DNA of 64,000 nucleotides from Microcystaceae cyanobacterium (GCA_041746575.1 JBGTGT010000121.1:50277-114276); one strand, 5' to 3'; positions 10,324-21,618 are shown, numbered from the stretch's first letter. Notes: generated from the sequence alone by a model not told the origin. A program made the numbers and translations.

Positions 10324-11295
10324 ATGAGAAAAATGAATTTATTAAGTATTATTATACTATCTCTGTTGGGAATACTTTTGATGACCGAATTAGGATTGCG
10401 ATTAATTGGGGGATTAGGTAAAAGGGTAACTTTCATACCAGATGAAGAAATTGGTTATTTATTAGCCCCCAATCAAAACGTGCGTCGTTTTGGCAAAACT
10501 ACCCTCGTCAATCAGTATTCAATGCGAAGCGCATCCATAGAAAAAGAGCGTCCCAAAGATACTTTGCGGGTTTTAATGTTAGGAGATTCTATTATTAATG
10601 GGAATTGGTGGACTGACCAAAAAGCCGTACTTTCTGAAGTGATTGAAAAGCAAATTCATGCACCTAATTTTAAGCAAATTGAGGTCTTAAATGCCTCGGC
10701 TAATTCTTGGAATCCGCGCAATCAGATTGCCTATCTTAGACGATTTGGCACGTTTGATGCTCAGTTGATTATCCTTGTGATTAACACTGACGATTTGTCC
10801 GGACAAGCACCGACCTTTTTACCCGTTGGTAATGATTTAAACTATCCTGATAATCAGCCGAATTCTGCTATAGGCGAAATTTTAGAACGACAATTTTTTC
10901 CGCCGAAACAGGTTGTTATTCCTAAAGAGAAAATCGGTCTTAATAAGAAAAATTTAGAAGCAATTAAACAAATTAAAGAAGTCGCCAAACAATCTTCAGC
11001 AAAATTTATCCTTGCTATCACACCTTTACGCCGAGAAGCCACTGATAATCCTGAAAATTATGATAAAAGAGCGAGAAATCGTTTATATGATTGGGTCAAA
11101 GAAAATGAAGTTACTTTTATCAATTTTTTGCCTATTTTTCAACAATATAACTCTCCTAATTCTCTGTACCGCGATCATATTCACCTCAGTCCACTCGGGG
11201 ATGCAATTGTAGCGGATACCCTAACGAAAGCGATTAATCAGCAATTCGTTAATCTCGTTCCCAACCCAAATAAAATAACCCAATCCGAAAAATAA
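10324..11295 (+). CDS. SGNH/GDSL hydrolase family protein
   Basis: N-terminal anchor, LGDSI motif, DHIHLS (DxxH). Confidence 0.88.
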   Translation: MRKMNLLSIIILSLLGILLMTELGLRLIGGLGKRVTFIPDEEIGYLLAPNQNVRRFGKTTLVNQYSMRSASIEKERPKDTLRVLMLGDSIINGNWWTDQKAVLSEVIEKQIHAPNFKQIEVLNASANSWNPRNQIAYLRRFGTFDAQLIILVINTDDLSGQAPTFLPVGNDLNYPDNQPNSAIGEILERQFFPPKQVVIPKEKIGLNKKNLEAIKQIKEVAKQSSAKFILAITPLRREATDNPENYDKRARNRLYDWVKENEVTFINFLPIFQQYNSPNSLYRDHIHLSPLGDAIVADTLTKAINQQFVNLVPNPNKITQSEK

Positions 11296-11446
11296 ATCGG
11301 ACAGAAATTGATCATTTATTAAAATAATCATCCTAACATTTAATTTAAATGCCTCAGAATTTGTGTTTAATCTAATAGGATTTTTACAAAAGAACTCTAC
11401 TTAATCGTATAATATTTAATATAAAACGCCCTATATAACTGAATCT

Positions 11447-12145
11447 ATGGTAGAAAAATACGATATTCTCCATCGCATTGAACACTTACCGAGCTATGGC
11501 TTATTAATTTTAACCTTAAAGCCTGAACAAAAGGTCTGGGTAGAGTCATCCGCAATAGCTGCCAGCGACCCTGTCATTATCAGGCAGGATAATCCCTACA
11601 GTTCAAAATTAAAGGAATTACAACAAAATTTGGCTGAAATTTCGCTTTGCCTCTCAGAATTTACCATCGGTAACCATAAAGGGGATTTGTACGTGACTCC
11701 TGCTCTACCTGGGGCGATTCGTCATTATTATGTCAAACAAAAGCGCGGTTTGATGATTCAATCTTCCTGTTTTTTAGCCTGTAGTGAAGGGGTAAATATT
11801 GAGAGTAAATTTGCCGATATCAAAAGTTTTTTTGGTGGAGAATCTATATTTTTATTAAAAACTGTCGGTAGAGGAGATCTTTGGTTTAGTGCCTACGGCA
11901 GTATTATTGAAGTAGAAGTGTCAGGAGACCATGTAGTCGATACGGGGTACGTGGTGGCCTTTGAAGAAAGCTTAAGCTATCGCCTCGAAAAAATGCGAAA
12001 TTTATCTCTAAAAACCGTTGATAAGAATTTATTTGGCTGTGAAGGATTAGTGTGTCGCTTTCAAGGCCAAGGTAAACTGTGGTTACAATGTCGTCAGTTA
12101 TCTTCTCTCATCAATTTTGTTAAACCCCTCACCCGCCTTATCTAA
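11447..12145 (+). CDS. TIGR00266 / AIM24 family protein
   Basis: FFGGESIFLL, VVDTGYVVAFE, EGLVCRFQGQGKLWLQ. Confidence 0.85.
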   Translation: MVEKYDILHRIEHLPSYGLLILTLKPEQKVWVESSAIAASDPVIIRQDNPYSSKLKELQQNLAEISLCLSEFTIGNHKGDLYVTPALPGAIRHYYVKQKRGLMIQSSCFLACSEGVNIESKFADIKSFFGGESIFLLKTVGRGDLWFSAYGSIIEVEVSGDHVVDTGYVVAFEESLSYRLEKMRNLSLKTVDKNLFGCEGLVCRFQGQGKLWLQCRQLSSLINFVKPLTRLI

Positions 12146-12392
12146 AGCTTGAATCATCAGTCATTCACTCCCATAGGAATTGTCAGGGTTTCGACTCAAT
12201 CTTCAGGAACAAAACAGCCTTTTCTTATCTTAAAGAACTTCTAAGTAAAATTTAATCGTTTCTTCTCTGTTTTTTCTCTACTAATACAAGAAGGCAAAGA
12301 CCAAGGATTAATAATGTCTTAATAAATTCTTTTTTAAATCGCGGTAAAATCTATCGAAGGAAAACAATCTCTAGGGATTAAAAATCGAAGTT

Positions 12393-13598
12393 ATGAATAT
12401 AATACAACTAGATTTACGCCAGACAATTATTGTTGCCATTTTAGTCCTGTATCTCGGTAAGTATTTAACCCAAAAGATTCGCTTATTGCGGAATTTTAAC
12501 ATCCCAGATGCGGTTTCTGGCGGCGTATTAGCTTCTTTAATGTTAGGAATTATTTACGGCGTTTCTCAAGTTCAAGTCGAATTTGCACTCAATATTCGAG
12601 ATGCTTTTTTAATCATTTTTTTTACAACAATTGGACTTTCTTCTAAACTCAGCACCCTCTTAAAAGGAGGAAAACCCCTACTCATCTTATTGGCGGTGGC
12701 AGTCAGTTATCTATTCATCCAAAATTTGACAGGTGTGGTCATCGCGGCTCTGACAGGGCTAGATTTGCCCGTGGGGTTACTCTCAGGTTCAGTTTCGTTA
12801 AGTGGCGGCCACGGAACGGCGATCGCTTGGTCTCCCATTTTCAGAGACACTCACGGTATTGCCAATGCGGCCGAAATTGGCATTGCTAGTGCGACCTTTG
12901 GGTTAATTTTAGGGGGAATTATCGGAGGACCGGTCGCAAAATGGTTGATTACCCGAAATAAACTTCAGCCCCATGCTTCCGATTCTCTGACTATTGGTAT
13001 TAGACACGGGCAGAAAAATGTCAAAATTGACTACAATACAATGTTACATTCCCTTTTGGTCATTGGAATCACTATTGGTTTAGGCATTCAGATTAACGAA
13101 GTCGCCGCCTCGGCAGGGTTAAGGTTGCCCGATTTCGTTGCCTGTTTATTTGCTGGAATTATCTTGACCAATACCATCCCTCTTTTATTTAAACGCTTTC
13201 CTTGGCCGGCAAATACGCCCTCTTTGGCACTGATTGGGGATCTGAGTCTGGGATTGTTCTTGGCAATATCACTGATGAGCTTGCAATTGTGGACGTTGGC
13301 GGGAATGGGGAGGGCGATCGCTCTGTTGCTCTTAGCCCAGTTATTGGCTAGTATCTTTTATACTATTTGGGTCGTTTTCCCGATTATGGGTAAAAACTAT
13401 GATGCCTCAGTGATTTCGGCCGGTTATCTGGGACTGGCTCTCGGTGCAACCCCAACAGCGATCGCTAATATGACAGCCGTCACCTCACAATTTGGGGCAT
13501 CTCCCCAAGCCTTTATCATTCTTCCCCTTGTCGGTGCTTTTTTTATTGATATTGCCAATGCGTTTGTTATCCAAAAGTTTTTGAATTTCATCGGCTAA
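12393..13598 (+). CDS. gltS: Sodium/glutamate symporter
   Basis: Polytopic membrane protein with FFTTIGL, GGHGTA, GATPTAIANM, VGAFFID. Confidence 0.93.
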   Translation: MNIIQLDLRQTIIVAILVLYLGKYLTQKIRLLRNFNIPDAVSGGVLASLMLGIIYGVSQVQVEFALNIRDAFLIIFFTTIGLSSKLSTLLKGGKPLLILLAVAVSYLFIQNLTGVVIAALTGLDLPVGLLSGSVSLSGGHGTAIAWSPIFRDTHGIANAAEIGIASATFGLILGGIIGGPVAKWLITRNKLQPHASDSLTIGIRHGQKNVKIDYNTMLHSLLVIGITIGLGIQINEVAASAGLRLPDFVACLFAGIILTNTIPLLFKRFPWPANTPSLALIGDLSLGLFLAISLMSLQLWTLAGMGRAIALLLLAQLLASIFYTIWVVFPIMGKNYDASVISAGYLGLALGATPTAIANMTAVTSQFGASPQAFIILPLVGAFFIDIANAFVIQKFLNFIG

Positions 13599-13643
13599 AT
13601 ACAACGGAAGTGCTGCTTCTCCATCATCAATTTTTGTCGTGGG

Positions 13644-14525
13644 TTACGTTTCACTGTCCTCCTTCATCCAAGCGAGACATTGTTGCATTTGTTTTCTCAT
13701 CGTTTTTAAGTCACTCTGATAACGACGACCATGCCCCGGTAAAACCCATTCAAAGGAATAATTGGCTAGTTTTTCCATGGATTTAATCTGTTCTGACCAA
13801 GAATACCAACAAAAGCGACGAAATCCAAATAAATGATTCAAATGAGGAGAAAAAGCCAAATGATCTCCCGTAAAAAGAAATTTTTGACGATAAAGTAGCA
13901 CCGTATGCCCTTTTGTATGACCAGGGACAGGAATAATCAATACTTCATCATCTAACGAGTAAGGAGAGTATCCCGATAAAGGCATTTCCACCCCTTGGGT
14001 GTCAGCATTGATTTCATCTTGATGGAGAATGCGAATACAATTAAAATATTCCTGAAATTTAGCGTGATCAGCCACATCATCCCGATGAGTGAGATAATGA
14101 TAACGAATTCCGCCCATTGCTTCAATTTGCTGAACCAGTGGTTTATTAAAGCGAGGAGAATCAATTAAAATGTTGCCTTCTGGACGTTGAATAAAGTAAC
14201 TCGCCGCTCCATAGGATTTTTCTGAATGATAACCGCAATAATAAACATTTTCAGCGATCAATAAGGGAAAAGTAGATTGGACTGCTCTAATCTTTTGGGG
14301 TTTTTCCATCGTGCCAATCGAAGCCGTCGGACAAGCTAAAAGAGCCTGTAGAGCCTGAATTTCTTCTTTTTCGTCACTAGGTTGCTGATAAACAGCGGAC
14401 TGATCCCCTTTTCGCCCAAAAACAGCCGGAGAAACCCAGCGACAAGTATCACAATCAATGCACGTTTGATCAACGTAGAAATTCCCTGCGACATTTTCTG
14501 CCCGTCGCTTTTCGAGGGTAGCCAT
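13644..14525 (-). CDS. Ferredoxin-fused metallo-beta-lactamase fold hydrolase
   Basis: CIDCDTC...CP ferredoxin N-terminus; THRDDVADH, PGHTKGH, FTGDH, LPGHG. Confidence 0.9.
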   Translation of the reverse strand: MATLEKRRAENVAGNFYVDQTCIDCDTCRWVSPAVFGRKGDQSAVYQQPSDEKEEIQALQALLACPTASIGTMEKPQKIRAVQSTFPLLIAENVYYCGYHSEKSYGAASYFIQRPEGNILIDSPRFNKPLVQQIEAMGGIRYHYLTHRDDVADHAKFQEYFNCIRILHQDEINADTQGVEMPLSGYSPYSLDDEVLIIPVPGHTKGHTVLLYRQKFLFTGDHLAFSPHLNHLFGFRRFCWYSWSEQIKSMEKLANYSFEWVLPGHGRRYQSDLKTMRKQMQQCLAWMKEDSET

Positions 14526-14735
14526 AATAAAGCCTCAATTTAAGCTAATTTGCTCAAACCATTAAGGAAAATCACCCCTCAAGTCTCTTTTTTCAGTTAG
14601 AGAAAATCCCTAATGATCATTATTTATCGTACTATCTATGATCAATCGACAATCGAAAATTTGCAAGCCCCTTTTCTGAAGTCGTCCTATAAACAATAGT
14701 AAAAAGACCGTCTTTTTCGTTAGGATGAAAGGCTT

Positions 14736-15374
14736 TTACGCTTCAACAGAATGCCGAATTTTTTGAACCCATTGACTTAAATGATCCCGATTGAGACGAT
14801 AACTGAGGGGATGGGCGATTAAATGGGCAGTGCTTTCAAAAAGCGTATCAATTTCAATTAAACCATTTTCCCGTAACGTTTTTCCGGTGGACACTAAATC
14901 CACAATCGCTTCCGACATCCCCGTAATCGGGCCTAATTCTACTGAGCCGTAGAGCGGAATAATCTCGACGGGTAAATCTAAGCCGCGAAAATAATTCTTT
15001 GCACAATTGACGAATTTTGAAGCCACCCGTCCATTAGGGGGTAATTCCACCGGACGACGGTAAGGACTCGAAGCGGGAACAGCCACTGACATTCGGCAAT
15101 AACCAAAGCGTAAATCCGCTAAATTGGCGACTTGTGCCGTTTTTTCTAACAAAACATCATAACCGACAATACCTAGCTGTGCTTGGCCATATTCAACATA
15201 AACAGGGACATCTTGCGCCCTCACCAGTAATGCCTTGGCGGTTTGAGTCGGATCAGTAATTTGCAATTGCCGGTTACTCTCATCTAGAAAAGCACTAAAA
15301 TCTAAGCCCATCTGCTGAAAGCGGCGAATACTGTCCCTTAATAAAGCACCTTTAGGCAATGCAATGGTTAACAT
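14736..15374 (-). CDS. hisG: ATP phosphoribosyltransferase (short form)
   Basis: [39 protein letters not shown]. Start placed at ATG 15374. Confidence 0.95.
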   Translation of the reverse strand: MLTIALPKGALLRDSIRRFQQMGLDFSAFLDESNRQLQITDPTQTAKALLVRAQDVPVYVEYGQAQLGIVGYDVLLEKTAQVANLADLRFGYCRMSVAVPASSPYRRPVELPPNGRVASKFVNCAKNYFRGLDLPVEIIPLYGSVELGPITGMSEAIVDLVSTGKTLRENGLIEIDTLFESTAHLIAHPLSYRLNRDHLSQWVQKIRHSVEA

Positions 15375-15581
15375 AAAAAATTTAACATCCAAACAATAAA
15401 GCAATATAGCTAGTTTATCGGATCATGTTCCGAACGAACTGAAACAGGCGATATCATTCCTCTCGTCATAACGCAGTTAACTTAATCACCCGATTTTGGA
15501 GAGTTTCGTCACAATCATTTGATTAAAATTTGATTATCGTGTCCATATATATATAATTTCACTTTTGGAGACGGTCAGTAT

Positions 15582-15926
15582 ATGGCAGAATCAATAACAG
15601 ACTTATTTACAGAATTACAAACTGAAAGATATTCTAAGAAGAACAAATCCCTTGATCAAAGAAAATACGTTCGATTTACTCACAATAAAGGAAAACAGCT
15701 ATTTATAAAACTAAAAAATGCCAAGGGAGAATGGGTAGAACCTCATGCTTTCATTAATAATGAATCCTTTGGGGGATTTGGTATCTTGATTGTTTCACCC
15801 GTTGCCCTCGTCGTCAATCAACCTTGTCAGGTGAATGTGCCAGGCGTAGGGTGGGTACAAAGTCAGATTGCTTGGATTAAGTATTTACATGAGTCACTTC
15901 AAGAAATTGGCTTAAAATATTGTTAA
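15582..15926 (+). CDS. Small PilZ-like domain protein
   Basis: RKYVR (RxxxR) and NESFGG (D/NxSxxG) motifs, beta-rich C-terminus ending IGLKY. Confidence 0.65.
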   Translation: MAESITDLFTELQTERYSKKNKSLDQRKYVRFTHNKGKQLFIKLKNAKGEWVEPHAFINNESFGGFGILIVSPVALVVNQPCQVNVPGVGWVQSQIAWIKYLHESLQEIGLKYC

Positions 15927-15959
15927 TGCAAGCCCTTTTGAAAGAAATCCCTTTGCAAA

Positions 15960-16823
15960 ATGCCACAAATTACGGGGAAAACCCAGCTTTTAGGGGTGAT
16001 TGGCGATCCGATCACCCACTCTCTATCGCCGGTAATGCACAATGCAGCGATCGCCGCTTTAAATTTGGATTACTGTTATCTTCCCTTCGCCATCAAAACA
16101 GAACATCTAGAAAATGCCTTAAAAGGGTTTGAAAGCACAGGCATCAAAGGTTTTTCGGTTACTATTCCCCATAAACAGTCAATCATTCCTTTTTTGGCGG
16201 AAATATCTCCAGAGGCAGAGTTAATCGGTGCAGTGAATACGGTTTGCTCCACTGAAAAGGGTTGGTATGGCACAAATACGGATGTAAATGGCTTTATATC
16301 ACCGTTAAAAAAATTGGATATCTCTTGGCAAAGAATTACGCCGGTTATCTTAGGTAATGGGGGGGCGGCGCGAGCGGTAACATTGGGATGTTGGCAGCTC
16401 GGTTGTCCTGAAATTCACGTGGTGGGGCGCAATGCAAAGACATTAGATGATTTTTGGCAAAGTTGGCAAAATACTCCCCTTAAAAACCATATTAAGATAC
16501 ACTACTGGGAAAATATGTTAGGGGTGCTATCTCAGACAAAATTACTAATTAATACGACCCCTGTTGGCATGACTCCCCACGAAAAGCAATCACCCATTCC
16601 TCGGGAAATGATCGAAAAGCTATCAACAGATGCGATCGCCTATGATCTGATTTATACACCGAATCCGACGTTATTCCTAAAACTGGCGCAACAACAGGGG
16701 ACAATCATAATTGATGGCTTAGAAATGTTAGTCCAGCAAGGGGCAGTCGCTTTAGAATTATGGTTAGAGCAACCCGTTCCTGTGGATGTCATGAGACAAG
16801 CGTTAAGGGACTATTTAGCATAA
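15960..16823 (+). CDS. aroE: Shikimate dehydrogenase
   Basis: GDPITHSLSP, VTIPHK, AVNT, NTD, GNGGAARA, DLIYTP, DGLEML. Confidence 0.95.
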   Translation: MPQITGKTQLLGVIGDPITHSLSPVMHNAAIAALNLDYCYLPFAIKTEHLENALKGFESTGIKGFSVTIPHKQSIIPFLAEISPEAELIGAVNTVCSTEKGWYGTNTDVNGFISPLKKLDISWQRITPVILGNGGAARAVTLGCWQLGCPEIHVVGRNAKTLDDFWQSWQNTPLKNHIKIHYWENMLGVLSQTKLLINTTPVGMTPHEKQSPIPREMIEKLSTDAIAYDLIYTPNPTLFLKLAQQQGTIIIDGLEMLVQQGAVALELWLEQPVPVDVMRQALRDYLA

Positions 16824-16846
16824 TTCCCGTTTGCTCTCTGCCTCGT

Positions 16847-19480
16847 TTATTGCCAATTTCCCACCAAAATAAAAGGTGACCAATAGTACGGATGAGCATA
16901 CCATTGATTATTTAATAATTTCATCTGTGCGCGCTGAACGGCTTCTGCTTTAGAGATTTTTTCGGCAGGATTGGCGAGATTTTCATAGAAATGACTCATA
17001 AATTCGGCTGTTCCTTGGTCATCAACCGACCATAAGGTGGCAAGGGTACTTCTAGCACCCGATTTTACGGCAATACCGGCTAAGCCTAGGGCAGCCCGTT
17101 GATCGCCTGCGGCTGTTTCGCAAGCACTAAGAACGAGTAATTCAAGGGATTGATTGCGCTGTAGGCGATTTAATTCTAGCAAACTGGTTAATTCACTTAT
17201 ATTCAGAGTATTTTGCCAGATAACGATATAGGTTTTTTCAAGGTTAGAACTAAAGACGCCATGGGTGGCTAAATGAACAATCGGAAAAGTGGAGTTTCTA
17301 AAAGCCCGTTCAAGATTTTGAAGGATGAGCTTCTCATTTTTCAGAACAAGACTATCCGGTGCTGCAATTTGTTGAATTTTGGCTAATTCTATGTCGACGT
17401 AAGGTAAAGCAATTTTATCTTGTTGTTCAACGGTAATGCCACCTAACAGCATAGAGAGCGGTTGAAGAGAGGTATTTGACGAAGGAAATAGTTGTAATCC
17501 AGGTGTCACGGCAACTCGATACTTCTGAATCAAATATTCTCGTTTAATGGGATCAGAAACTAAGGCAGATAGAGGAGTATTGCGTAAACTGCCGTCTGGA
17601 ACAATAACTAAGGTTTTAATATTAAATTTTTCTAATATTTCTTCAGAAGGACGAATTAACCAGTCATATAATTGAGAGCCGGGGGCCATAAAATCCCAGC
17701 GACTGCGGATGACAACCGTATAGCGAAACCGGGCAATGACTTTTTCTAGGATGCTTTGAGGAACAAGGGTTTCATAATAGGTTAAGGGTTGTCCGGGGAT
17801 GCTGAGAATAACGCCTAAACGATCCGTTAAAATGAGAGGGTAAAGAATGGCCGCCGTGGAATCGTTAAATTTTCTTTGGCTATTTTCTGGGGTTTCTAGT
17901 TGAGCATCAATGCTTTCTAGCTGTTGTATGCAATTATCCTGAAAAAAGTTATTCAAGCTAACGATTTGCAGAGATTCCATCACTTGACGGGCTTCAATGA
18001 GATGAGCTTGACTGGGTTGTTCTCCCTTTGGCGATTGCAATAAAAGACGAACCGCCTCTCGGTATAAATTTTCACCCCCTTCTTGAAAAGCAAACTGGGC
18101 TTCTCGATTAGCCGCAATTTCTCCACTAATTTTGCGGTGCGTTTGGATAGCACTACGGTAGGCGGCGATTGCCGCTTCTATCTGCTGCTGTTGAGCTAAA
18201 ATTCGTCCGAGTTGCCATTGCCAAATATAGACAATCTCTTGTGCATTAAGAGATTCTGAGATCGATAAAGCTTTTTCAGTTAATTGGTAAGCACTTGACC
18301 ATTGTTGTCTTTTTTCATCAATCCTACCTAAAATTCCCAGTGAATAGGCAATTAAACGCTGATCAGCTAATTGCTGACTTTGTTGTAACGTTGTTTGAGC
18401 TAAGGTTTCGAGTTGTTGCCAAGACACGTAAGGTAAAAGGTCAGGATTTTGGCTTTTGAGTTGAATTAATTGGTTAAGATGGGTCAAAGACAATTCAATC
18501 TGACTGTGACTGACAGGGAGTTGCTTAAGCTGTTGTTCAACATCGGGAAGCAGTGCCAAGGTGGTTTTAAGTTTTGGGGGATTTGAAGTTAAAGAAAGAC
18601 TGATTTGCAATAACTTAGCTTCTATTTGCGTAAATATACTCGATTTTTCGGCTTTTATCCTTTGATAAGCCTCAAAAGCTCCTTCCTTTTGTCCTTGGAG
18701 TTGCAGGGTTTTACCCACACTCAGCCAAAGTTCGCCTTGAGGATAGTCTGCCGGAATTTGAGGTTGAATGGCTTGAACCAGATATAGCGATTCTTCAAAA
18801 CGCCCTAATTTCCGTAAGACATCGCCCAATGTCAGCCATCCTGACAGATTTACGCCTTCCAAGGGAAAATCAATGCGCCCTAATTGCTGATCAATATCAT
18901 CAAGTGTTAAGTCTGCACAGGTAGAAGCAGACAAGTCAAGGGATTTTAAGATAACTCGACAAGAAAAGCGGAATTTCCCTAGGGAGTTATAAGCTCTTAC
19001 CTGATTAACTCGGCTTAATAAGACTCCTTTTGGATCTTTACCTTGTTCATACAAAGTTTCAGACTGTCGCCAAGCCGTTAAGGCGGATTGACTTTGACCG
19101 CGCATCAATTCCAATGTTCCTTGATTATTATAGGCCTGCGCTAAGGTCTGAGGGTCTTTTTGGTTTTGCAGTAACGCAACACTTTGCTGAATCGTCATTT
19201 CTGCTAAATCCCATTGACCGAATTGAGCATAAACAAGGGCAAGTTTACTTAAAATTCGTCCTTTATCTCTTAAGTTGTTTTGTTTTTCCGATAAAGCTAA
19301 AGCATATTCCCACTTTTGTTGTGCTGATGTCCAATCTCCTTGGCGAAAAGCCTGTTCAGCTTGTATTTCCGACGACAAGCCTAAAAGGGGAGGTTGAGCG
19401 CGAAGTGACTGTGTCCATCCCCCTAAATCGAGAGCCAAGACGAATCCGACTAGAATTAAGGCCAAAAAACGACGTTTCAT
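16847..19480 (-). CDS. TPR-repeat + CHAT (caspase-like HetF) domain protein
   Basis: Signal peptide, TPR helices, IVPDG, HLATHG and VLSACET dyad, TLWSVDD, HPYYWSPF. Confidence 0.92.
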   Translation of the reverse strand: MKRRFLALILVGFVLALDLGGWTQSLRAQPPLLGLSSEIQAEQAFRQGDWTSAQQKWEYALALSEKQNNLRDKGRILSKLALVYAQFGQWDLAEMTIQQSVALLQNQKDPQTLAQAYNNQGTLELMRGQSQSALTAWRQSETLYEQGKDPKGVLLSRVNQVRAYNSLGKFRFSCRVILKSLDLSASTCADLTLDDIDQQLGRIDFPLEGVNLSGWLTLGDVLRKLGRFEESLYLVQAIQPQIPADYPQGELWLSVGKTLQLQGQKEGAFEAYQRIKAEKSSIFTQIEAKLLQISLSLTSNPPKLKTTLALLPDVEQQLKQLPVSHSQIELSLTHLNQLIQLKSQNPDLLPYVSWQQLETLAQTTLQQSQQLADQRLIAYSLGILGRIDEKRQQWSSAYQLTEKALSISESLNAQEIVYIWQWQLGRILAQQQQIEAAIAAYRSAIQTHRKISGEIAANREAQFAFQEGGENLYREAVRLLLQSPKGEQPSQAHLIEARQVMESLQIVSLNNFFQDNCIQQLESIDAQLETPENSQRKFNDSTAAILYPLILTDRLGVILSIPGQPLTYYETLVPQSILEKVIARFRYTVVIRSRWDFMAPGSQLYDWLIRPSEEILEKFNIKTLVIVPDGSLRNTPLSALVSDPIKREYLIQKYRVAVTPGLQLFPSSNTSLQPLSMLLGGITVEQQDKIALPYVDIELAKIQQIAAPDSLVLKNEKLILQNLERAFRNSTFPIVHLATHGVFSSNLEKTYIVIWQNTLNISELTSLLELNRLQRNQSLELLVLSACETAAGDQRAALGLAGIAVKSGARSTLATLWSVDDQGTAEFMSHFYENLANPAEKISKAEAVQRAQMKLLNNQWYAHPYYWSPFILVGNWQ

Positions 19481-19626
19481 GAAAATGCCATCAAGACCCA
19501 AATTTATTACTGTTAACACTATTTTTACAGTTTTTGGGGTGAGATTAACCTTATGATAAGATTAAAGGTTTAAAAAAGACTGCTCAAGTTTTTCCTAAAG
19601 TAATTGGTTAACCTCTTCCCTAAATT

Positions 19627-20154
19627 ATGAAACATACGCTTTCCGTTTTAGTTGAAGATGAAGCGGGCGTTCTGACCCGTATTGCTGGACTTTTTGCCCG
19701 TCGCGGCTATAATATTGAAAGTTTAGCGGTTGGATCGGCCGAACAATCTGGAATTTCTCGTATTACTATGGTTGTACCCGGTGATGATAATACAATTGAA
19801 CAAATCACTAAACAACTCTACAAACTGATCAATGTGCTAAAAGTACAAGATATCACCCAAACGCCTTGTGTGGAACGGGAATTAATGCTGATTAAAGTCA
19901 ATGCCAACTCTACAAATCGTCATGAAGTGGTGGAAGTGGCGCAAGTATTTCGGGCCCGAGTAGTGGATATGTCCGATGATACCGTGACCGTAGAAGTAGT
20001 GGGAGATCCGGGTAAAATGGTGGCTATTCTGCAGATGTTGCATAAATTTGGTTTGCGAGAAATTGCCCGTACCGGTAAGATTGCTCTAGCGAGGGAATCT
20101 AAAGTTAATACGGAGTCGCTGAAACAGGATTTAGCGGTTAAGGTCTTAAATTAA
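19627..20154 (+). CDS. ilvN: Acetolactate synthase small (regulatory) subunit
   Basis: [36 protein letters not shown] domain. Confidence 0.95.
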   Translation: MKHTLSVLVEDEAGVLTRIAGLFARRGYNIESLAVGSAEQSGISRITMVVPGDDNTIEQITKQLYKLINVLKVQDITQTPCVERELMLIKVNANSTNRHEVVEVAQVFRARVVDMSDDTVTVEVVGDPGKMVAILQMLHKFGLREIARTGKIALARESKVNTESLKQDLAVKVLN

Positions 20155-20248
20155 AGCGTTTTACTGACGGGAAAATTTTTAGATTGCTAATGGGATTATT
20201 TTTTTCCTTGTCTTGTAAACGAGAGTCAATCTAAACTCTAAAATCAAG

Positions 20249-21406
20249 ATGACAGATTCAGCTGGCAATATTTTAATCGTTGACGATACACCGAATAATT
20301 TACGGTTATTATCAACGATTTTAGTTGATCATGGCTATGTAGTCCGCAAGGCACTTAATGGCAAAATCGCCCTAAATACCGTGCATCAAGTGCCACCTGA
20401 TTTAATTTTACTGGATATTAATATGCCAGAGAGCAATGGCTATGAGGTTTGTGAGACCTTAAAAGCAGACCGTCAAACCCAAGAAATTCCGATTATTTTT
20501 ATGAGTGCGCTAGATGATGTTTTGGATAAGGTAAAAGCCTTTAGAGTGGGCGGTGTAGATTATATTACAAAACCCTTTCAAGCTGAAGAAGTGATTGCTA
20601 GAATTGAACATCAATTGACGATTCAAAAGCAAAAAAGACAATTACAATTAGAAGTTCAAGAGCGCAAAAAAGCCGAAGAATCCTTGCAAGTTTACCTTCA
20701 TGCAGTGTCTCACGATTTGCGTAATCCTGTTTTAGGAATGGGGATGGTTTTACAGAATTTACTGAACAAGGCTCAGTCACATCCTGAGATGGCAATTGCG
20801 ACAACGGTATTAGAAAGAATGAAGGAAAGTTGCGATCGCCAATTAAATCTAATTAATTCCTTGGTGGAAACACAACAGTTTGAAACAGAGGGAATGATCC
20901 TTAATAGTCAACCGTTAAATATAACTGAACTAATCAGAAATTTAAGTCAAGATTGGCAACCGTTTTTTCAGAAAGATCAAACGACTTTAAAAACAAAAAT
21001 TGACGCTAATTTACCCTTGATTACCGCTGACAAAGATCAACTTTTACGGGTTTTTGAAAATTTAATTACCAACGCAATCAAGCATAATCCGACAGGAATC
21101 ACCCTGACTATCGGGGCTGTTTTTAAGGAGAAAAAAGTCATTTATGTTAGCATTCAAGATAGTGGATTAGGGATTGAACCCGAACAAATGCCAACCCTTT
21201 TTCAACGTTACCAAAGAGGAAAAAAAGCTCAGAAAACAGTAGGTTTGGGGTTAGGATTATACTTATGTCGCTTAATTATTGAAGCCCACGGGGGTGAAAT
21301 GGGCGTAGAATCCGTTTTAGGTGAGGGAACAACTTTCTGGTTTACCTTGCCGGTGGCAAGGGAGTGGGGAGGTCGGAATCGGGAGTTAGAAATAGACGAA
21401 TCCTAA
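20249..21406 (+). CDS. Hybrid response regulator / histidine kinase (REC-HisKA-HATPase)
   Basis: ILIVDD, LLDINMP, ITKPF; SHDLRNP; NLITNAIKH, DSGLG, GLGLGL. Confidence 0.93.
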   Translation: MTDSAGNILIVDDTPNNLRLLSTILVDHGYVVRKALNGKIALNTVHQVPPDLILLDINMPESNGYEVCETLKADRQTQEIPIIFMSALDDVLDKVKAFRVGGVDYITKPFQAEEVIARIEHQLTIQKQKRQLQLEVQERKKAEESLQVYLHAVSHDLRNPVLGMGMVLQNLLNKAQSHPEMAIATTVLERMKESCDRQLNLINSLVETQQFETEGMILNSQPLNITELIRNLSQDWQPFFQKDQTTLKTKIDANLPLITADKDQLLRVFENLITNAIKHNPTGITLTIGAVFKEKKVIYVSIQDSGLGIEPEQMPTLFQRYQRGKKAQKTVGLGLGLYLCRLIIEAHGGEMGVESVLGEGTTFWFTLPVAREWGGRNRELEIDES

Positions 21407-21618
21407 AACCCCTGTGAATTGGGTATCAATCCAAAATCTACAATCGTTTGACACTTTTTGGGGATTACTGCGTCACCATGCCCAGTGTAAGTATTATGGC
21501 TGTTGACGGGAAGATAAGAGATTAGAAATTTCTGACGACGGACTTCTACCATAAACGTCACCCAAGGCGGTTATAATGCCTAACAATTGCTAGACGAATG
21601 TTGATTTAGATAAAAACT

